A stretch of 64,000 nt of DNA from the NCBI GenBank assembly GCA_951406725.2, contig OX597835.1:2108001-2172000 (forward strand). The letters run 5' to 3'. Position 1 is the first letter of the stretch. The number at the start of each line of letters is the position of its first letter. The notes under the pieces are model-generated. The model saw only the letters and a list, made by a program, of their open reading frames with translations, searched no databases and had not been told where the DNA came from. This document shows positions 12,822-26,229 of this stretch, in pieces. The DNA is from Octopus vulgaris. Its lineage: Eukaryota. A program made the translations under genes and the position numbers.

Positions 12822-13408
12822 GTGAGTACATTGTTTATTTATTCTTTTAAACTCACCTTTAAACTGATCAAATATTCACCAGGAAATGAAACCACAATCT
12901 CTAAGCCACATATTGTTAATGATGATGATGATGATGATGATATCTGATTGGCCTTTGATTAAAGTGTTTCTTCTAAAACAATCTTGTCCATGACTACACT
13001 ACAGAATGTCCCTTTTCAAAACAGTAGGGTGTGATTTGAGAGAGAGATTTAGCTGTTATTTTTAGCAGGCTGAGACCATGAAAATACTCCCTCATTGTAG
13101 TGTATGTATAAAATTTTTGTTATTGTTGTTGTTTAGTATCTGCTCAACCATAAGATCAGAGATGTTGTAGCCTTTACCATCTACCTTGTTTGTAAAGAAT
13201 ATAGGCTATGATAGGTGGGTGATTGGCTGCTATTTCTAGCTGGTTGAGTAGCCATGAAGAGGCATCCTCATTGGCTTTCTTGACGATGATGATGATGACA
13301 TCATGATGTGAAAAGGTTGTTGATGTGGGGGATAAGGATAAATTTGTTGTTGTTTAGTCCCAGGTCAACCCCCTCCCATTAAGATTTTTTTCTTTTTTAT
13401 ATCAAGGA

Positions 13409-13809
13409 CCAGCAGTATAGCCCAGCGTTGCTTGGGTTTGTTTTCTTTTTGACCCTTTAGAATTGCAAATTTTGAAAATTAAAAATTGTGCATTATGTAG
13501 TTTGTTATTCTCTTTCAGTGAACATTTCTCTGGTTGAAATACACCGAAAAATGGCAACACAGCAGTCAAAAAATCGTTAAAAAATAGGGATTTTCATAGA
13601 AGAAAAGCACCTTTTTGATGTAAATACTTTTTGGTCTTAACATGGTCTGATTTGAATTTTTTCTTCTAAGGAATGAAGAGCAAGCCTTCTTCTATCATAC
13701 TCTCAATTTTGGTCAACTTGCGCTGCAGGGTCTCAGAGGAGATAGTGTTAGTTGAAGGCTACCAAACCTGCCACACACAGACAACTTCAGCTTTATATAT
13801 AGAGAGAGA
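13409..13809 (-). mobile_element. Non-autonomous Helitron, third body type (also about 5386-5635 and 41890-42280)
   Basis: Same 3' hairpin/CTAG-like end and 5' TC(TA)n end; body shared with the other two copies. Confidence 0.7.
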
Positions 13810-14521
13810 TTATATTATTCAATGCATTCCTCATTGGTTTAGCATTCAGATTTCTCTGTCAAATGTGATGTCCATTTATTCACATTGTTCTGAATTAATC
13901 GTGCATCATGTCATGGTTTTGAGATTTCAGTGATGTGATGTGATTCTTCTACTTGTTTCAGCCATTTGACTGCAGCACTGCCTTGAAGGGTTTTAGTGGA
14001 ACAGATTGACTCCAGAGCTTATTGTTTTTAAGCCTAGTACTTATTCTATCGGTCTCTTTCGTTGAACTGCTAAGTTACAGAGATGGAAAATACACCGGTC
14101 GTTAAGCAGTGATGGGGGAGGGACACAAAGATATATACATACATACACACACACAAATGCAATGGGCTTCTTTCAGTTTCTGCCTGCCTAATCCACTCAC
14201 AAGGCCAATGTAGAAGACACTTGCCCAAGGTGCCATGCAGTGGGACTGAACCTGGAACCATGTGGTTGGGAAGCAAGCTTCTTACCACACATCCATGGGC
14301 TGTGCCTATTGTTTACTTTCGGAATAACATTATAGGGTAGGTGTGAGGGGTCAGACCTGGCCAGTTTCAACATAAAGCAGGTCGAATATTTTGGTTGGGT
14401 GTTAAAGGGTTAAGAGAATTTGATTAGGGGGATTTCTAGCTGTTAGTTTTAAGAATTGATGTTGTTGGTGCTTTATGATGATAGTGATGTTGCAACTGAT
14501 AACTAATCTCTCCTCTTGCAG

Positions 14522-14766
14522 GTAACCGTAGCTACGGCTGGCTTTATTTCCAAGATCTATGAGAACCTGGAGAATGCCCAGTTCCTGGAACAGCTCTACA
14601 AAGTTGGGGTTCTGCTGCACTTTGAAGGTCTAGTGAGCTGCCATGCTGAGGAGATGGGCATCATTGAAGATATGTCTGTTGCCGTAGAAGATCTTGCCAG
14701 CATCAAGTTCAAACTGACACGAAAAGATGAGATTCAAGAATTACAGCCATCACTTCAACTTACAGA
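14522..14766 (+). CDS. INPP4A: INPP4-like exon
   Basis: tgcag|GTAACC ... ACAGA|gtgagt; FLEQLYKVGVLLHFEGLVSCHAEEMGIIEDM, a conserved INPP4 block. Confidence 0.9.
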
Positions 14767-15389
14767 GTGAGTAACTTCTCCATAAATTTCTTTCTCCTCC
14801 ACCCCACCACCTCATAATTAAAGGCAATACTCCAGTATGGCTTTAGCAGTGATTACTAGAACAAAGAATAGACTTGGTAGAGATACAACATGTTTACCTG
14901 TTTGTCTGCCTGTCTCTTCCGTGTATCTGTCTTCTACCATCTGTGTTTGCAAATAGATAAATACACACCTGGCTGTGCTTATCCACTTCCTCTATTTATA
15001 TCTCCCTTCACCTACCCATCCATCTATCTATCTAGCTGACTGAGATTTCATGTTTAGAGCCACCACCTGAACTCAAATTACCCAACAACCGGATCGGCTG
15101 GTTGTGTTAGACTGAGTAAAATGTACAATGGCAATTTCATTGAGATGTGTTTATTTTGTTGTTTCACATTTGTCCTTTTTGTTTTTCATTTAAAAGCTCA
15201 ACACCTGATACAGGTAGAATCATTAGGTTTCAAATAAGGAAGTACGTCAATTATATCTTTGGTATTTTATAAAATGCCATTCCTTGTTTCTGTTATTTCT
15301 TTTTGTATTTTCACATTTCTTTATGAAAATCCTTCACCTGTACAAAACACATTGATCTTAAGAAACTTTCTATTTATTCTTTCTTCCAG

Positions 15390-15425
15390 TTTTGTAAAAG
15401 AGGGCAGGTATCCTGATATGAATAG
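15390..15425 (+). CDS. INPP4A: INPP4-like 36-nt micro-exon
   Basis: Strong pyrimidine tract ttctttcttccag and donor AG|gtgagt; phase 2-2; reads (D)FVKEGRYPDMN(R) in frame. Confidence 0.65.
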
Positions 15426-16049
15426 GTGAGTCTATCTTAATTTTATTATTATCCTTATTATTGTCGGACGGCTTGTGATGGACCTACTCTGAACATACAC
15501 TTGTGAGCTGGAATAGTTGAGAATGAGTGAGGTGCCCGCCTGAGGTACCCTTGGCAGTTGGGATGACAAGGATGTGTGGGGTTCCTTTGTTGGCCGTGAG
15601 AGGAACTCCCCCCCCCCTCTTGGGAATTTGATTGTTGTTATTATTTCATACACGAATACTGAGCTAAGCCCCACTTGTCCCCTGTGTTGTCCCTTTTTGT
15701 TTTGTGTTGGCTCCTGTGACCAATAAAGAAAAGGTTGTTGTTATTATTACCTCCACCTTAACGAAGGCAGAGGTATTGCTTTCATTTGTGTTTGTGAATA
15801 TCTCAAGAACTGCTGGAGGGATTTGGATGAACCTTCCAGGGACGTTTGGCCTTTACAGCAAAACTAACACATCTCCTTTGACTTGATTTAGCCTACAGAG
15901 ATAGGCAGCTCCATGGTTTGGACTGAAGGAGCCGGAACAGGTTTCTTGCTACTAAAATTATAGAAGAGAGGTTAAGAATAGTTGGAATAGAGATGGAAAA
16001 AGATCGAAATAGAGGTGATGAGGTGTCCAGGTGTACCCTAAAGTTCCCT

Positions 16050-16480
16050 GAGTAGAAATAGATTCTCTAAAATGTTTGGCTGGCTCACTAGAAGTAGTTG
16101 GTATCTTCTGTTACCTTGGAGACATAATTGACAGTGCAGGAGGAGGCAGTAGCGACTGGGGAAAGAATGGGTTTGAAAAACATTGGGGAGCTGCTATCTC
16201 TGCTGGTAACAAGGGCCTTTCCTCTATGTAGAAGGCAGGTAGCCCTATATTTGAATTGAGTTTGAATTGAGATGCTGCACAGTAGTGAGATATGGACTTG
16301 AATGCAGAAAGCTTGCAAAGGACTAAAACAAACACGCTCCAATGGATATGGAAACGCCAGTGTCTGTGAATGCTACGATACGAATCAAGTGGGAGAAAAA
16401 CTGGGCATAAAGCGAATCCGATGAAGTGTGAAAGAGAGTGTGTTGGTATGGACATGTAATGCATACGGAGGGGGGGGGGG
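16050..16480 (+). mobile_element. Degenerate RTE-clade LINE remnant
   Basis: Ends in a WYGHVM-like segment (tggtatggacatgtaatg) and resembles 27700-27970. Confidence 0.55.
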
Positions 16481-16933
16481 GAATTGCTGCATGAGGAGAT
16501 GATGCCCTGTACTCCAAGTTGGCCGAATCTGTGAAATTTGTGCACTTCACACAGTATTGAGAATTGAACCATTTTAAACAGCCATTTCAGGTTCAAATAT
16601 TCTACCTGCTTTTTTTTTTTAATGTTCAAATTGGCGAGATCCGACCTCTCACACCTTCCTTGCAATGTCATTCTAAACATAAACAATCCTACCATTGAAA
16701 TCTCAAGGCTACAAGATAATGCATAATTAATTCAAAACAATTTGAATAAATGAGCATTGCATTTGACAGAGTAATTTAAATACTAAAGGATTAAATGGTT
16801 TAATATTAACAAAAGTTTTCCCCTCTCCCTCTCCCTTCTTCCATTCTAGATCAAGTCCTAAACCTTCTCTGTTTTTCTTTTTATGATTTTTTTTAACAAA
16901 AATTAAATGAGAAATTCTTTTCTTTTATCACAG

Positions 16934-17074
16934 ACACTCAGTGGTGGTTTGTATTCCCTTGTTGAGCCACATGTTTGACAAACTTCCCAGCAAACTGCAA
17001 AGTGGCCACCACATCAATGTCTCCACATCTTACTTCAATGTTGGAATCAATGAACTTGCTACCTTAGCAGAAAA
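16934..17074 (+). CDS. INPP4A: INPP4-like exon
   Basis: cacag|ACACTC ... GAAAA|gtaaga; HSVVVCIPLLSHMFDKLPSKLQSGHHINVSTSYFNVGINELATLAE(K), containing the conserved FNVGINE motif. Confidence 0.9.
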
Positions 17075-17989
17075 GTAAGAATCCTTGTCTGTTTTCTGGT
17101 TTTGGTTTTGATTTGAAGAACAACAGTCACAAAGTTGTAAAACTGTTGGTGTTGGCAAAAGTATCACATGTACCATGGAAAAGTTGTGTGTGTGTGTGTG
17201 TTTGGATGTTGTGAGTAGGTGTACAGTGTGTGATTCCTACATGATGCTGCTTATATTCCATGTAATTACTACATGGTCTTCTTCATTCAACTACATGGTC
17301 TTCTTCATTCATTGTGTAGGTTGCTAAAATTTGAAAGCACTTGTTGTTTAACCCCAGGCCAATTCCGACCAATTAGACTTATGATCAACGGCATGCCAAC
17401 TTTGACCATCCTGTCTTTATTCACATATGAAGAAGGCTTGTTGGAATTCATTGGTCAATGCATTCTTCTTAGCTTTTTATTAAATGGTAGGTTGAGATTT
17501 AGCTGCTGTTTTTAACAAGTCAAATGGCAATGTATGAGTGGGTGCTGAAAAATGGTCCCTCAGTTATTCTAAGCCCTGTAAAAGAACTCAGATGGTTGGG
17601 CCCCTCCAACCAGGCCTTTTGCGATACCCTTAAAGCCAGGGATTTTTCAGCACCCCTCATGGACGCCACTATCCTTGGTTGCTTCTTCAGCTAAATGAAG
17701 GGGGTTGTGTGGTACCTTGTTGGCTCAATTACAAAAATGTGATTACCACATGTCAAGGGACCCGTACAGTTACTAATTGTTGACAATGTTTATAGGAAAC
17801 AGTAAGCAAGCCTCTATGTTTGACCTACTTTGAAACATCTATGTTTGTAAAAAGCATGACACATTGATAATTATAATCTAATATATACAATTCCTAAGAG
17901 AAGGATGATGGGGGGGACAGTCATGCTTGGAACGCTTTTGATCATGGCACTATTCTGTAATGGTATTCTTGCTCCATGTGTCTCTGTAG

Positions 17990-18087
17990 ATTTGGAAGTA
18001 CTGCCCTCCAAGATGATATTAATAAAATGGGTTTCAAAAAGATGAATGACTACTTTGAGGCTTACAGCAAGGCCTGTGGAGATCCAG
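17990..18087 (+). CDS. INPP4A: INPP4-like exon
   Basis: tgtag|ATTTGG ... CCAG|gtaaga; FGSTALQDDINKMGFKKMNDYFEAY. Confidence 0.88.
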
Positions 18088-18176
18088 GTAAGAAGAAGAA
18101 CTCTAAATCCATGAATTAACAGCCGATTTGGGATTGATGTTATTTAATTAATTTATTGTGTGTGAGCGTGCACATA

Positions 18177-18235
<59 letters not shown>

Positions 18236-18528
18236 GTGAAGCAGTTGTGAATGGCGACGTGCGTAAAAGAGGGAACACAAAGGAGAGAGAGAGAGAGAGG
18301 AGAAATGGAAAGACAAGAAAATACATCAACAAGAAACTATGACATTACAACCAGCCAGGAACAGTCTTCGCAACATTTGCGGCACCAGAGGGAGTGTTTA
18401 TCCAGGATAGGACTACACAGCCACAGCAGGAGATGTATTAGGACATGGAATGTAAAAGCCGGACTAGATTATTTTATGTGCAACTCCATTGTCTCCCGAG
18501 ACAAAAAGGATGCAAACAATCAACAATC

Positions 18529-18562
<34 letters not shown>

Positions 18563-20620
18563 TCCACCAAAAAGTGTATACACACTTCAGGAAAGGACAA
18601 ATCTGTATAAGTATTTAACTTGTATTAGTACTTCTATAAATATAGAATCCACTTTCAATGTTTTATCAAATTACAAAAACACTGAATTAGAATAGTTATA
18701 CAGATTTTCTTCCTTTCCTGAAGTATATATACATTACTTTGGTGGACTGTGCGTGCATATGTGTGTGTGTGTGTGTGTGTATACACACATACATACATGA
18801 TTGTAAACAAACATCACTGTCATACAAGCAGTGTTATTTGTCTCTAGTTTTGGATTAAACATTATAATATCATGACCAACTCTCCATGTGTGTGTGTGTG
18901 TGTATATGTACATATATTCATGTCTATATATCTAGCTCTCCTGTGTGACCCCTCTGTCCAGCATTCGCCATGATAGATTGCTACCCAATACACATTCTTT
19001 ATTTTCTCTCCTTGTTTCTTTCTGTGTTCCTTTCTGTAGAAGAGCCTAGGCTCGAAACATTAAAGACTTTTTCACTTCCTGAGCATTAAACTAATACATC
19101 TGTTTGTTGTCTACACCACCTGTCTTCGTCTTTTGTTCTTTTTTGTGAATTCTCCCTATCTATATATAAATAGAGTTAGCGGTTGTAGTAACCGACTAAG
19201 GGATAAAATATCCTTATGTCCTATCAGTATCCTTTACCTGTGTTATCTCCAGGGGCAATGGTGTGCAGAGACACCATATACGTTAAGCACAGGTGACAAT
19301 AGGATAAACCAAAGTTTATCAGGAACCAATGCAAATAATCAGAAAACGGAGATAAACATAGATTAACTAGTGCACCGATTAACATAGATTAATATAGATT
19401 AACCAGTTCACCGAGAGGCCCACATTTAAAACTTGTTTGAGTGTTCTTAGGAGTAATTGGTATGTCCTTTAGGGATAAGGCAATCATAATTTTCTCCATT
19501 TTACCAATAGTATTCATTTTACTACTAATTGGAAGTATCAGTATATGTTTATATATATATATATATATATAAATTAGAGAAAAACCACTATTATGTCATT
19601 CAAACAATGATTGACATAAACCAAATCATAAAGAAAAAATAAAATATATCATAAAACATAACTAGATCACAAAAAGTACAAAAAATGAATAAACATTATA
19701 TAATAAGTAAAAAGACTATGTACGTTTCATGGCTATATTGAATTTTTCCCTGTAAGTTTGGAGTTATACTCCCTAATATTATTATTATATATTTGTATAT
19801 ATATTAATCGTCTATGGACCAAGCAAACAGTAATATGGGGACATTATATATATACACATAAATATAGGCATACATACTTACACACATATATATGCATACA
19901 TGTATGTGTGTGTGTGTGTATATATATATATATTGGTGCTTCCCTATATTACCTGCACCCCCCCCACTATCTCTCCCTCTCTTTCACTGGTGGAACCTTT
20001 CTCAGCTGGACCCCCCCCCCAACTCAACTCAAGAAAAGCTTGAACCGATCGTGACCGATGCCGGACCCCCCGGCCCCTGTGCCGGTGGCACGTAAAAAGC
20101 ACCCACTCCACTCGCGGAGTGGTTGGCGTTAGGAAGGGCATCCAGCCGTAGAAACTCTGCCAGATCAGACTGGAGCCTGGAGCGGCCCCTGGTTTCCCAG
20201 ACCCCGGTCAAACCGTCCAACCCGTGCTAACGCGGAAAACGGACGTTAAACGATGATGATGATGATGATATCTATATATATATATATATACACACGAGGT
20301 GTTCTGAAATTAAGACACCCAAAGTTTTTCTAAGCCCCGTAAAAGAAGAGTTCAGAAGGTTGGGCTTTCAACCGGGTCGTTTGTGATACCCTGAAAGCCA
20401 GGAAGATTTTCACCACTCACTCATATTCATATAAAACAAAGCATACAGATATATGTATATACACACACACATATATATATACATACATACAAATATGTAT
20501 TCACACTCACACTGAACATGAAGCTGTTGGAGCACATAACTTTTGTTTTAATTATCTATATCTGTCATAATTAATTAACTAGTTAATTAATTTCTGTTTC
20601 TTTTTTTTTCAACTTTAAAG

Positions 20621-20736
20621 ACAGTGATCTGAGTGGTACAGTGGCTGGCAGAACAACAGAACTGATCCGGCAATTACAGTACAACGTGTTGTCAAAGAAG
20701 AGTAAGAATGTGGACATCTTACATATTTCTTCTGAG
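20621..20736 (+). CDS. INPP4A: INPP4-like exon
   Basis: taaag|ACAGTG ... GAG|gtgagt; ELIRQLQYNVLSKKSKNVDILHISSE, with the conserved K-x-KNV-x-IL motif. Confidence 0.88.
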
Positions 20737-22455
20737 GTGAGTCATCTTCATCATGGCAGATTTTTCATGGTTTAAGAATAGCATATTTATTTACCAGTAG
20801 CATGTGACCTGCTGTGCTTGAGGAGACTAATTGAGTCATGTACATCAACATCAAAATAATTATCAAATGGAAATTGTAGTTGTGATACCTCTGCTGGTGA
20901 CACATAAAAGGCACCCACTACACTCACGGAGTTGTTGGCATTAGGAAGGGCATCCAGCTGTAGAAACACTGCCTGATCAGACTGGAGCCTGGTGCGGTCT
21001 CCTAGCTTCCCAGACCCCAGTCGAACCGTCCAACCCATGCTAGCACGGAAAACGGACGTTAAACGACGATGATGATGATGTATTGAAGGGCTTTAGCATT
21101 GAGATTATTCTGTCCAAAGCAATCTTATTTATTCACATTGTTTTGACTTCCATGATGCATTATCTTGTAACTATGAGATTTTGAAGAGATAACTGTTTAC
21201 GTTTTAGATTGCCATTGTAGGGTTGGTGTGAGAGGCCAGATATGGCCAGTTTGAACATAAAACAGGTAGAATACACTTGGCCAGATATTGTTGGTTAAAA
21301 TGCTGAAGGGATCAAAAACTAAAGTATTAGAGACTAACGAATCAGAGAACATACACACCTGTACAAGTACACCTGCTTCTGCTGCATCAGGTGGTGAGCT
21401 GGCAGGGAAAATGCTTAGTGGCATTTCTTCTGGCTGCTTATGTTCTGAGTTCAAATCCTGCTGTGATCAACTTTTCCTTTAATCCCTTTAGGGGTCAATA
21501 AAATGAATTAGCAGATTTGGTAGACGGAAACTGAAAGAAGCCCGCCGTGTGTGTATATATATATATATGTGAGTGTGTGTGTGTGTATATGTTTGTGTGT
21601 CTGTGTTTGTCCCCACCAACATCGCTTGACAACCGATGATGATGATGTGTTTACGTCCCCGTAACTTAGCGGTTCGGCAAAAGAGACTGATAGATTAAGT
21701 ACTAGGCTTAGAAAGAATAAGTCCTGGGGTTGATTTGCTTGACTAAAGGTGGTGCTCCAGCATGGCCACAGTGACATGACTGAAACAAGTTAAAGAGTTA
21801 TATATAACAGATTATCATATGTTGTGTAATAATACTTAATTTACAAGGTTAGTAATACTACTAGTAGTAGTAGTAGTAATGGTGGTGGTGGTAGTAACTA
21901 TTGTTGTTGCTTAGCACCATGTCAGACCTGATCAAGCAGGCCTATGACAGTTAAAGGAGCTCCAGATGTGGCCTTCATTTCATTATATATAGTGAACTAC
22001 ATTGTAGAATGTATTATTTTAGTCAAGATGTGTGACTGATTTGGAAGGAGATTAGTCGGCTGTTTTTCTCTTCTCCAATCACAGGGAAATTCTACTGTGT
22101 TTTGTGTGTGTTTAAAAAAGAGCAAAAGAAAAACCAACCTGATTTGAGGAAACCTCTATGTGGTCATCCAGTCTGCTAGAAATAGCAGCAAAATCATCCA
22201 AAATCACAGCCTACTGTCTTACAAAAAAATAGAGACATTGCATCATGTAATTCTGAGTAGAGAAGAGACTGAACAGTGATGGCAGGAATACTTTTGATCA
22301 AAGGTTTGCTCAATGAGGGTTGACCTGGGGCTAAATGACAACTTCTATGCTCCCCCTCCCTCCCTCCTGTGATTTCTTGCTTCCTTTGACCTCTGTACTT
22401 CCTCCATACTTCCTTTGACCTTCCATCCTTAATTTTTTAATTGTCTTTTATTCAG

Positions 22456-22610
22456 ATCACTCGCAAGTTAAACGGAGTGCGCTTCATTTGCTGTAAGAGC
22501 GGTAAAGATCGGACCAGCATGTCAGCCACCCTGGAACAGGTCCAACTCCTGCAACGGGAACACAACCTTGCTCCCCATGTGTTTATGCAGGCTTTGGACT
22601 GCTTCCGAAG
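22456..22610 (+). CDS. INPP4A: INPP4-like catalytic exon (CX5R)
   Basis: ttcag|ATCACT ... CGAAG|gtcagt; [28 protein letters not shown]. Confidence 0.95.
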
Positions 22611-23621
22611 GTCAGTTGAAAACAGTAGTCTTCTACATTAAAGGATGCGTTTATTTAAAGACATGGCTGGCTGAGTGTTTACGAGTGGTTCAGTATGGTG
22701 GGCTGTATGTGCGGTAGTGTGTTGCTGTTGTGCTGCAACATGTGCTGTTGTGGTACTGTAGTATGCAGTAGTTTGGTGTAATGTATGTGTGGGGGTTTGG
22801 TGTATTTTGGTGTGGTTATATGTGAAGTGTGGTTTATGTGGGTGTTGTGTGTATTTATGTGTACCTGTCTACCTGCCTGTTTACCTGTCTACCTGTATGT
22901 CTGCCCACATTATTGAGAGTTAACCAATCAAAGCACTGGGTCGCTGTTCATGAAACACCATCTTTGATGGCCAGGACATGTAGCAAGAATGGCAGCGTCA
23001 AGGTTCCCATGCCAAGTCTTATTCCCAGTGAGCTCACTTCAGGGAAAGGGCCATGGGGTTGTCCTCTTTGAATTTACAAGGCCCAACTCAAAACAACGTT
23101 GAAAGCCACTGGACTCGAGCCTAAATCATTTCCCAAACTTCAAAACCATCAAAAGAGAATAGAAAGAAGTGAAATAAGAGGGAAGAAAGGCTCAACAAAA
23201 CCGTCGTCGTCCTCCGTCAACATTGCCCTGCCATCGACTCTTCTGTGCTGGAATTCTTGCTGCGGAGTCATCAACGTTGTCACCATAACGGAGGAAGTGT
23301 TCGGCAAAGAAGAAATTAAATTCTTGGATGCCAGATAAAGCCACTTTCGAGTGGATGTATTGAATTGAATGAAGCTAGTAATGCTGGCATGGATGAGGAC
23401 CCATGGTGAATGCAGATTGGTTAAGAGTCCAGTGTACCATGAAATGTCAGGGAGACGAAAGATGAGGCTGCAAAAGCATGTGTCTGTGTGGGATGTGGTC
23501 CTTTTTGTTGTCAAATGTAAATTGATTGGGCACATTTCTACCCACCCCAGTCATCTAAATCTCTCTCTTTTTTTTTTCTTTATTTATTTACTTAATGTTT
23601 TTATTTCTTTCTGATCCTCAG

Positions 23622-23748
23622 CGAAGGGACCCGGCGAGAAAACACTCTGAAGAACGTTGGTGTGCGGAAGTACAATTTCAATTCATTACAGATGCTTTCA
23701 ATCCCCAGGTTGTACAGGGCACCGAGAGGGACTTATGGAAATACTTAA
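23622..23748 (+). CDS. INPP4A: INPP4-like last coding exon
   Basis: ctcag|CGAAGG; [41 protein letters not shown] then TAA; typical INPP4 C-terminus. Confidence 0.92.
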
Positions 23749-23949
23749 TGGAAAGGAAAATCCTCAATAAATATTGTCTGAATATACGTGCATTGTACGC
23801 ACATGTATTAATATGTATGTAGGTGTGTGTTTGTATATGTGTGTATTTTAAGTATGTGTATGTGTGTGTGTATATGTATGCATGTATACTTATGTACTTG
23901 TATGCACACACACACACATGTATATATATATATATATATAAAATGTGTG

Positions 23950-23982
<33 letters not shown>

Positions 23983-23983
23983 A

Positions 23984-24014
<31 letters not shown>

Positions 24015-24061
24015 GTGTGTGTGTATCTATATGTGTATCTATATGTGTATATGTATGTATG

Positions 24062-24102
<41 letters not shown>

Positions 24103-24364
24103 GTATGTGTGTGTGTTTAAATGTGCAAGTACAATATATATAATGTGTACTGAATGAACAATGTTTCTTCATGAGAAATTCCTGGCAGAGAAGCACACAG
24201 ATTCCACCACATTTTTCCAATTGTTTGATTTCTAAGTGTTTTAAAGAATTTGTTTTTGTTTCCATTCTTTGAAGTCCACTGCTGAGTTATGTCTTAGAAT
24301 GGTTTTATTTATCATTAGGAATAATTAGATATCATCTACATACATGCACACTCACATGCTACAA

Positions 24365-24370
24365 AATAAA
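24365..24370 (+). terminator. Candidate polyadenylation signal of the INPP4 gene
   Basis: AATAAA about 620 nt after the stop codon, just before repeat-rich sequence. Other AATAAA hexamers exist nearby. Confidence 0.3.
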
Positions 24371-26229
24371 AAATGTGTAATTTATGCAAGATTTTCCATT
24401 AATTGCAATTTAAAAAGAAGAAAGAAATTTCATGTTCAAAAGCTGTTTCATTTCATGTTTATTTAACGATCTTTCATCTTTTATTTTTCGCTTGTTTCTG
24501 TCATTTGACTGTGACCTTGACGGGGCACTGCCTTGAAGGATTTTAGCCACACAAATCGACCCCAGGACTTATTTTTTAAACATTGTGCTCTTTTGCCAAA
24601 ACATTAGGTTATGAGGACATAAACACACCAACATTGGTCGACAAGCAATGGCGTGCAGCAAATGCACACACACACACACACACACTGGTTGGTTTGAGGC
24701 TAAGGCTATAGAAGAAGACACTTGTCCAAGGTACCACATGGTGGGACTGAACCTGGAACCATGTGGTTAGGAAATGAGCTTCTTACCATGTAGCCAATGG
24801 ATAGAGATTTTGAATTTTACGGAGCATCTGGGACATTATATACCTACCCACTTCTACAGTGTAAATGAGACATTTGCTGCGGGTACGACGTGTTAACCCT
24901 TTAGCATTTAAATTATCCCAAAAGATTCTGCCTGTTTTGTGTCCGATCGGATCTAGCATCCACCCTTCAATGGCTAAGATAAAAATAAAACAGTCACAAC
25001 ATCAAAATCTTGAAGCTATGCAATATACTATCTTTTACCTTTCAATCATTAGACTGCGGCCATGCTGGGGCACTGTCTTGAAGAATTATAGAAGAATGTA
25101 TCGACCCCAATACTCTTTTTTTAAAGCCTGGTGCTTATTCTATCAGTTCCTTTTTCTGAACTGCTAAGTGACAGGGATGTAAACACACAAACACCAGTTG
25201 TGGGTGGTGGGGACTAATAGAGATACAAAGATATACACACATAGATACATGCATATATATATATATATATATATGACAGGCTTTTTCAGTTTCCATCTAG
25301 CATATCCACTCACAAGGCTTTAGTCGGCTGTGCCCAAGGTGCCACACAGTGGGACTGAACCCAGAACCGTGTGGGGTAGAAAAACTTTTTACCACACAGC
25401 CAAGCCTTTACTGTTTCTTTCAAAATGATTTAATTTGACAATAATCCAAATTCTAAAGGGTGAAACCAACATTATTGAATTAACCAAATACATCCAAAGT
25501 ACTGCACTTGTTGAATTAAGAATAACAGAAGTGAAACATGGTGTTTTTAATAACTTACCTAACGTGGAGAGACACTGTGAGACATATATACACTCATACA
25601 TTCATAGACAGATACACAGTCCTATACAAAATGTCACATCGTCGTCGTTGTGGTTAGAATTAAAAGTGTAAAAATGAAACAGTATATCACAATGCAATAT
25701 AGATGTCATTCTTTCACTTTTATTCTTTGAGTTTTGATGCGTAATACGGAACCGGTGCCAATGTTGCATTCTTTTAATCCCCCCCAAATTACATGTTGGC
25801 CTCGTTGATTTGCTAAGTTGGAACTATTTATACTGATACAAATAACCGGTAGACAACATATCTAATTCTACCACAATGGACACAAACAAACAAACAGTTG
25901 TTGAGCCAAATGAGGAAGCTACTGTGCTGTGACTTGAACTGCTAGGAATAACAGTCCAATTTTCTCTCAAATCACATATTAAAATCTTAAAGAGAAATAA
26001 GGATCAGTTGGAAATTGTAGTTTTAGATTAAACTGGCCAATGAAAATGTCAGAACGGTCAGGCTGGAACATTGGTTAGCTTGATCAGGGCTGACCTGGGG
26101 CTAAACAATGAGGCAGGAAATCAGCTGAATTGGATGGTTTATTTTTGTGAGTTTTGAGTAAATTGTTTAGAATTCAGAATAATTTCTTTGTTTAGCTGAA
26201 ACGGTTAGAATGGATTGTTTAGAATTGAA

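Noticed and set aside
23678-24265. Overlapping Y/I/H/T/C/V-rich ORFs
   Set aside because: (TA)n/(TG)n microsatellites in the INPP4 3' UTR.
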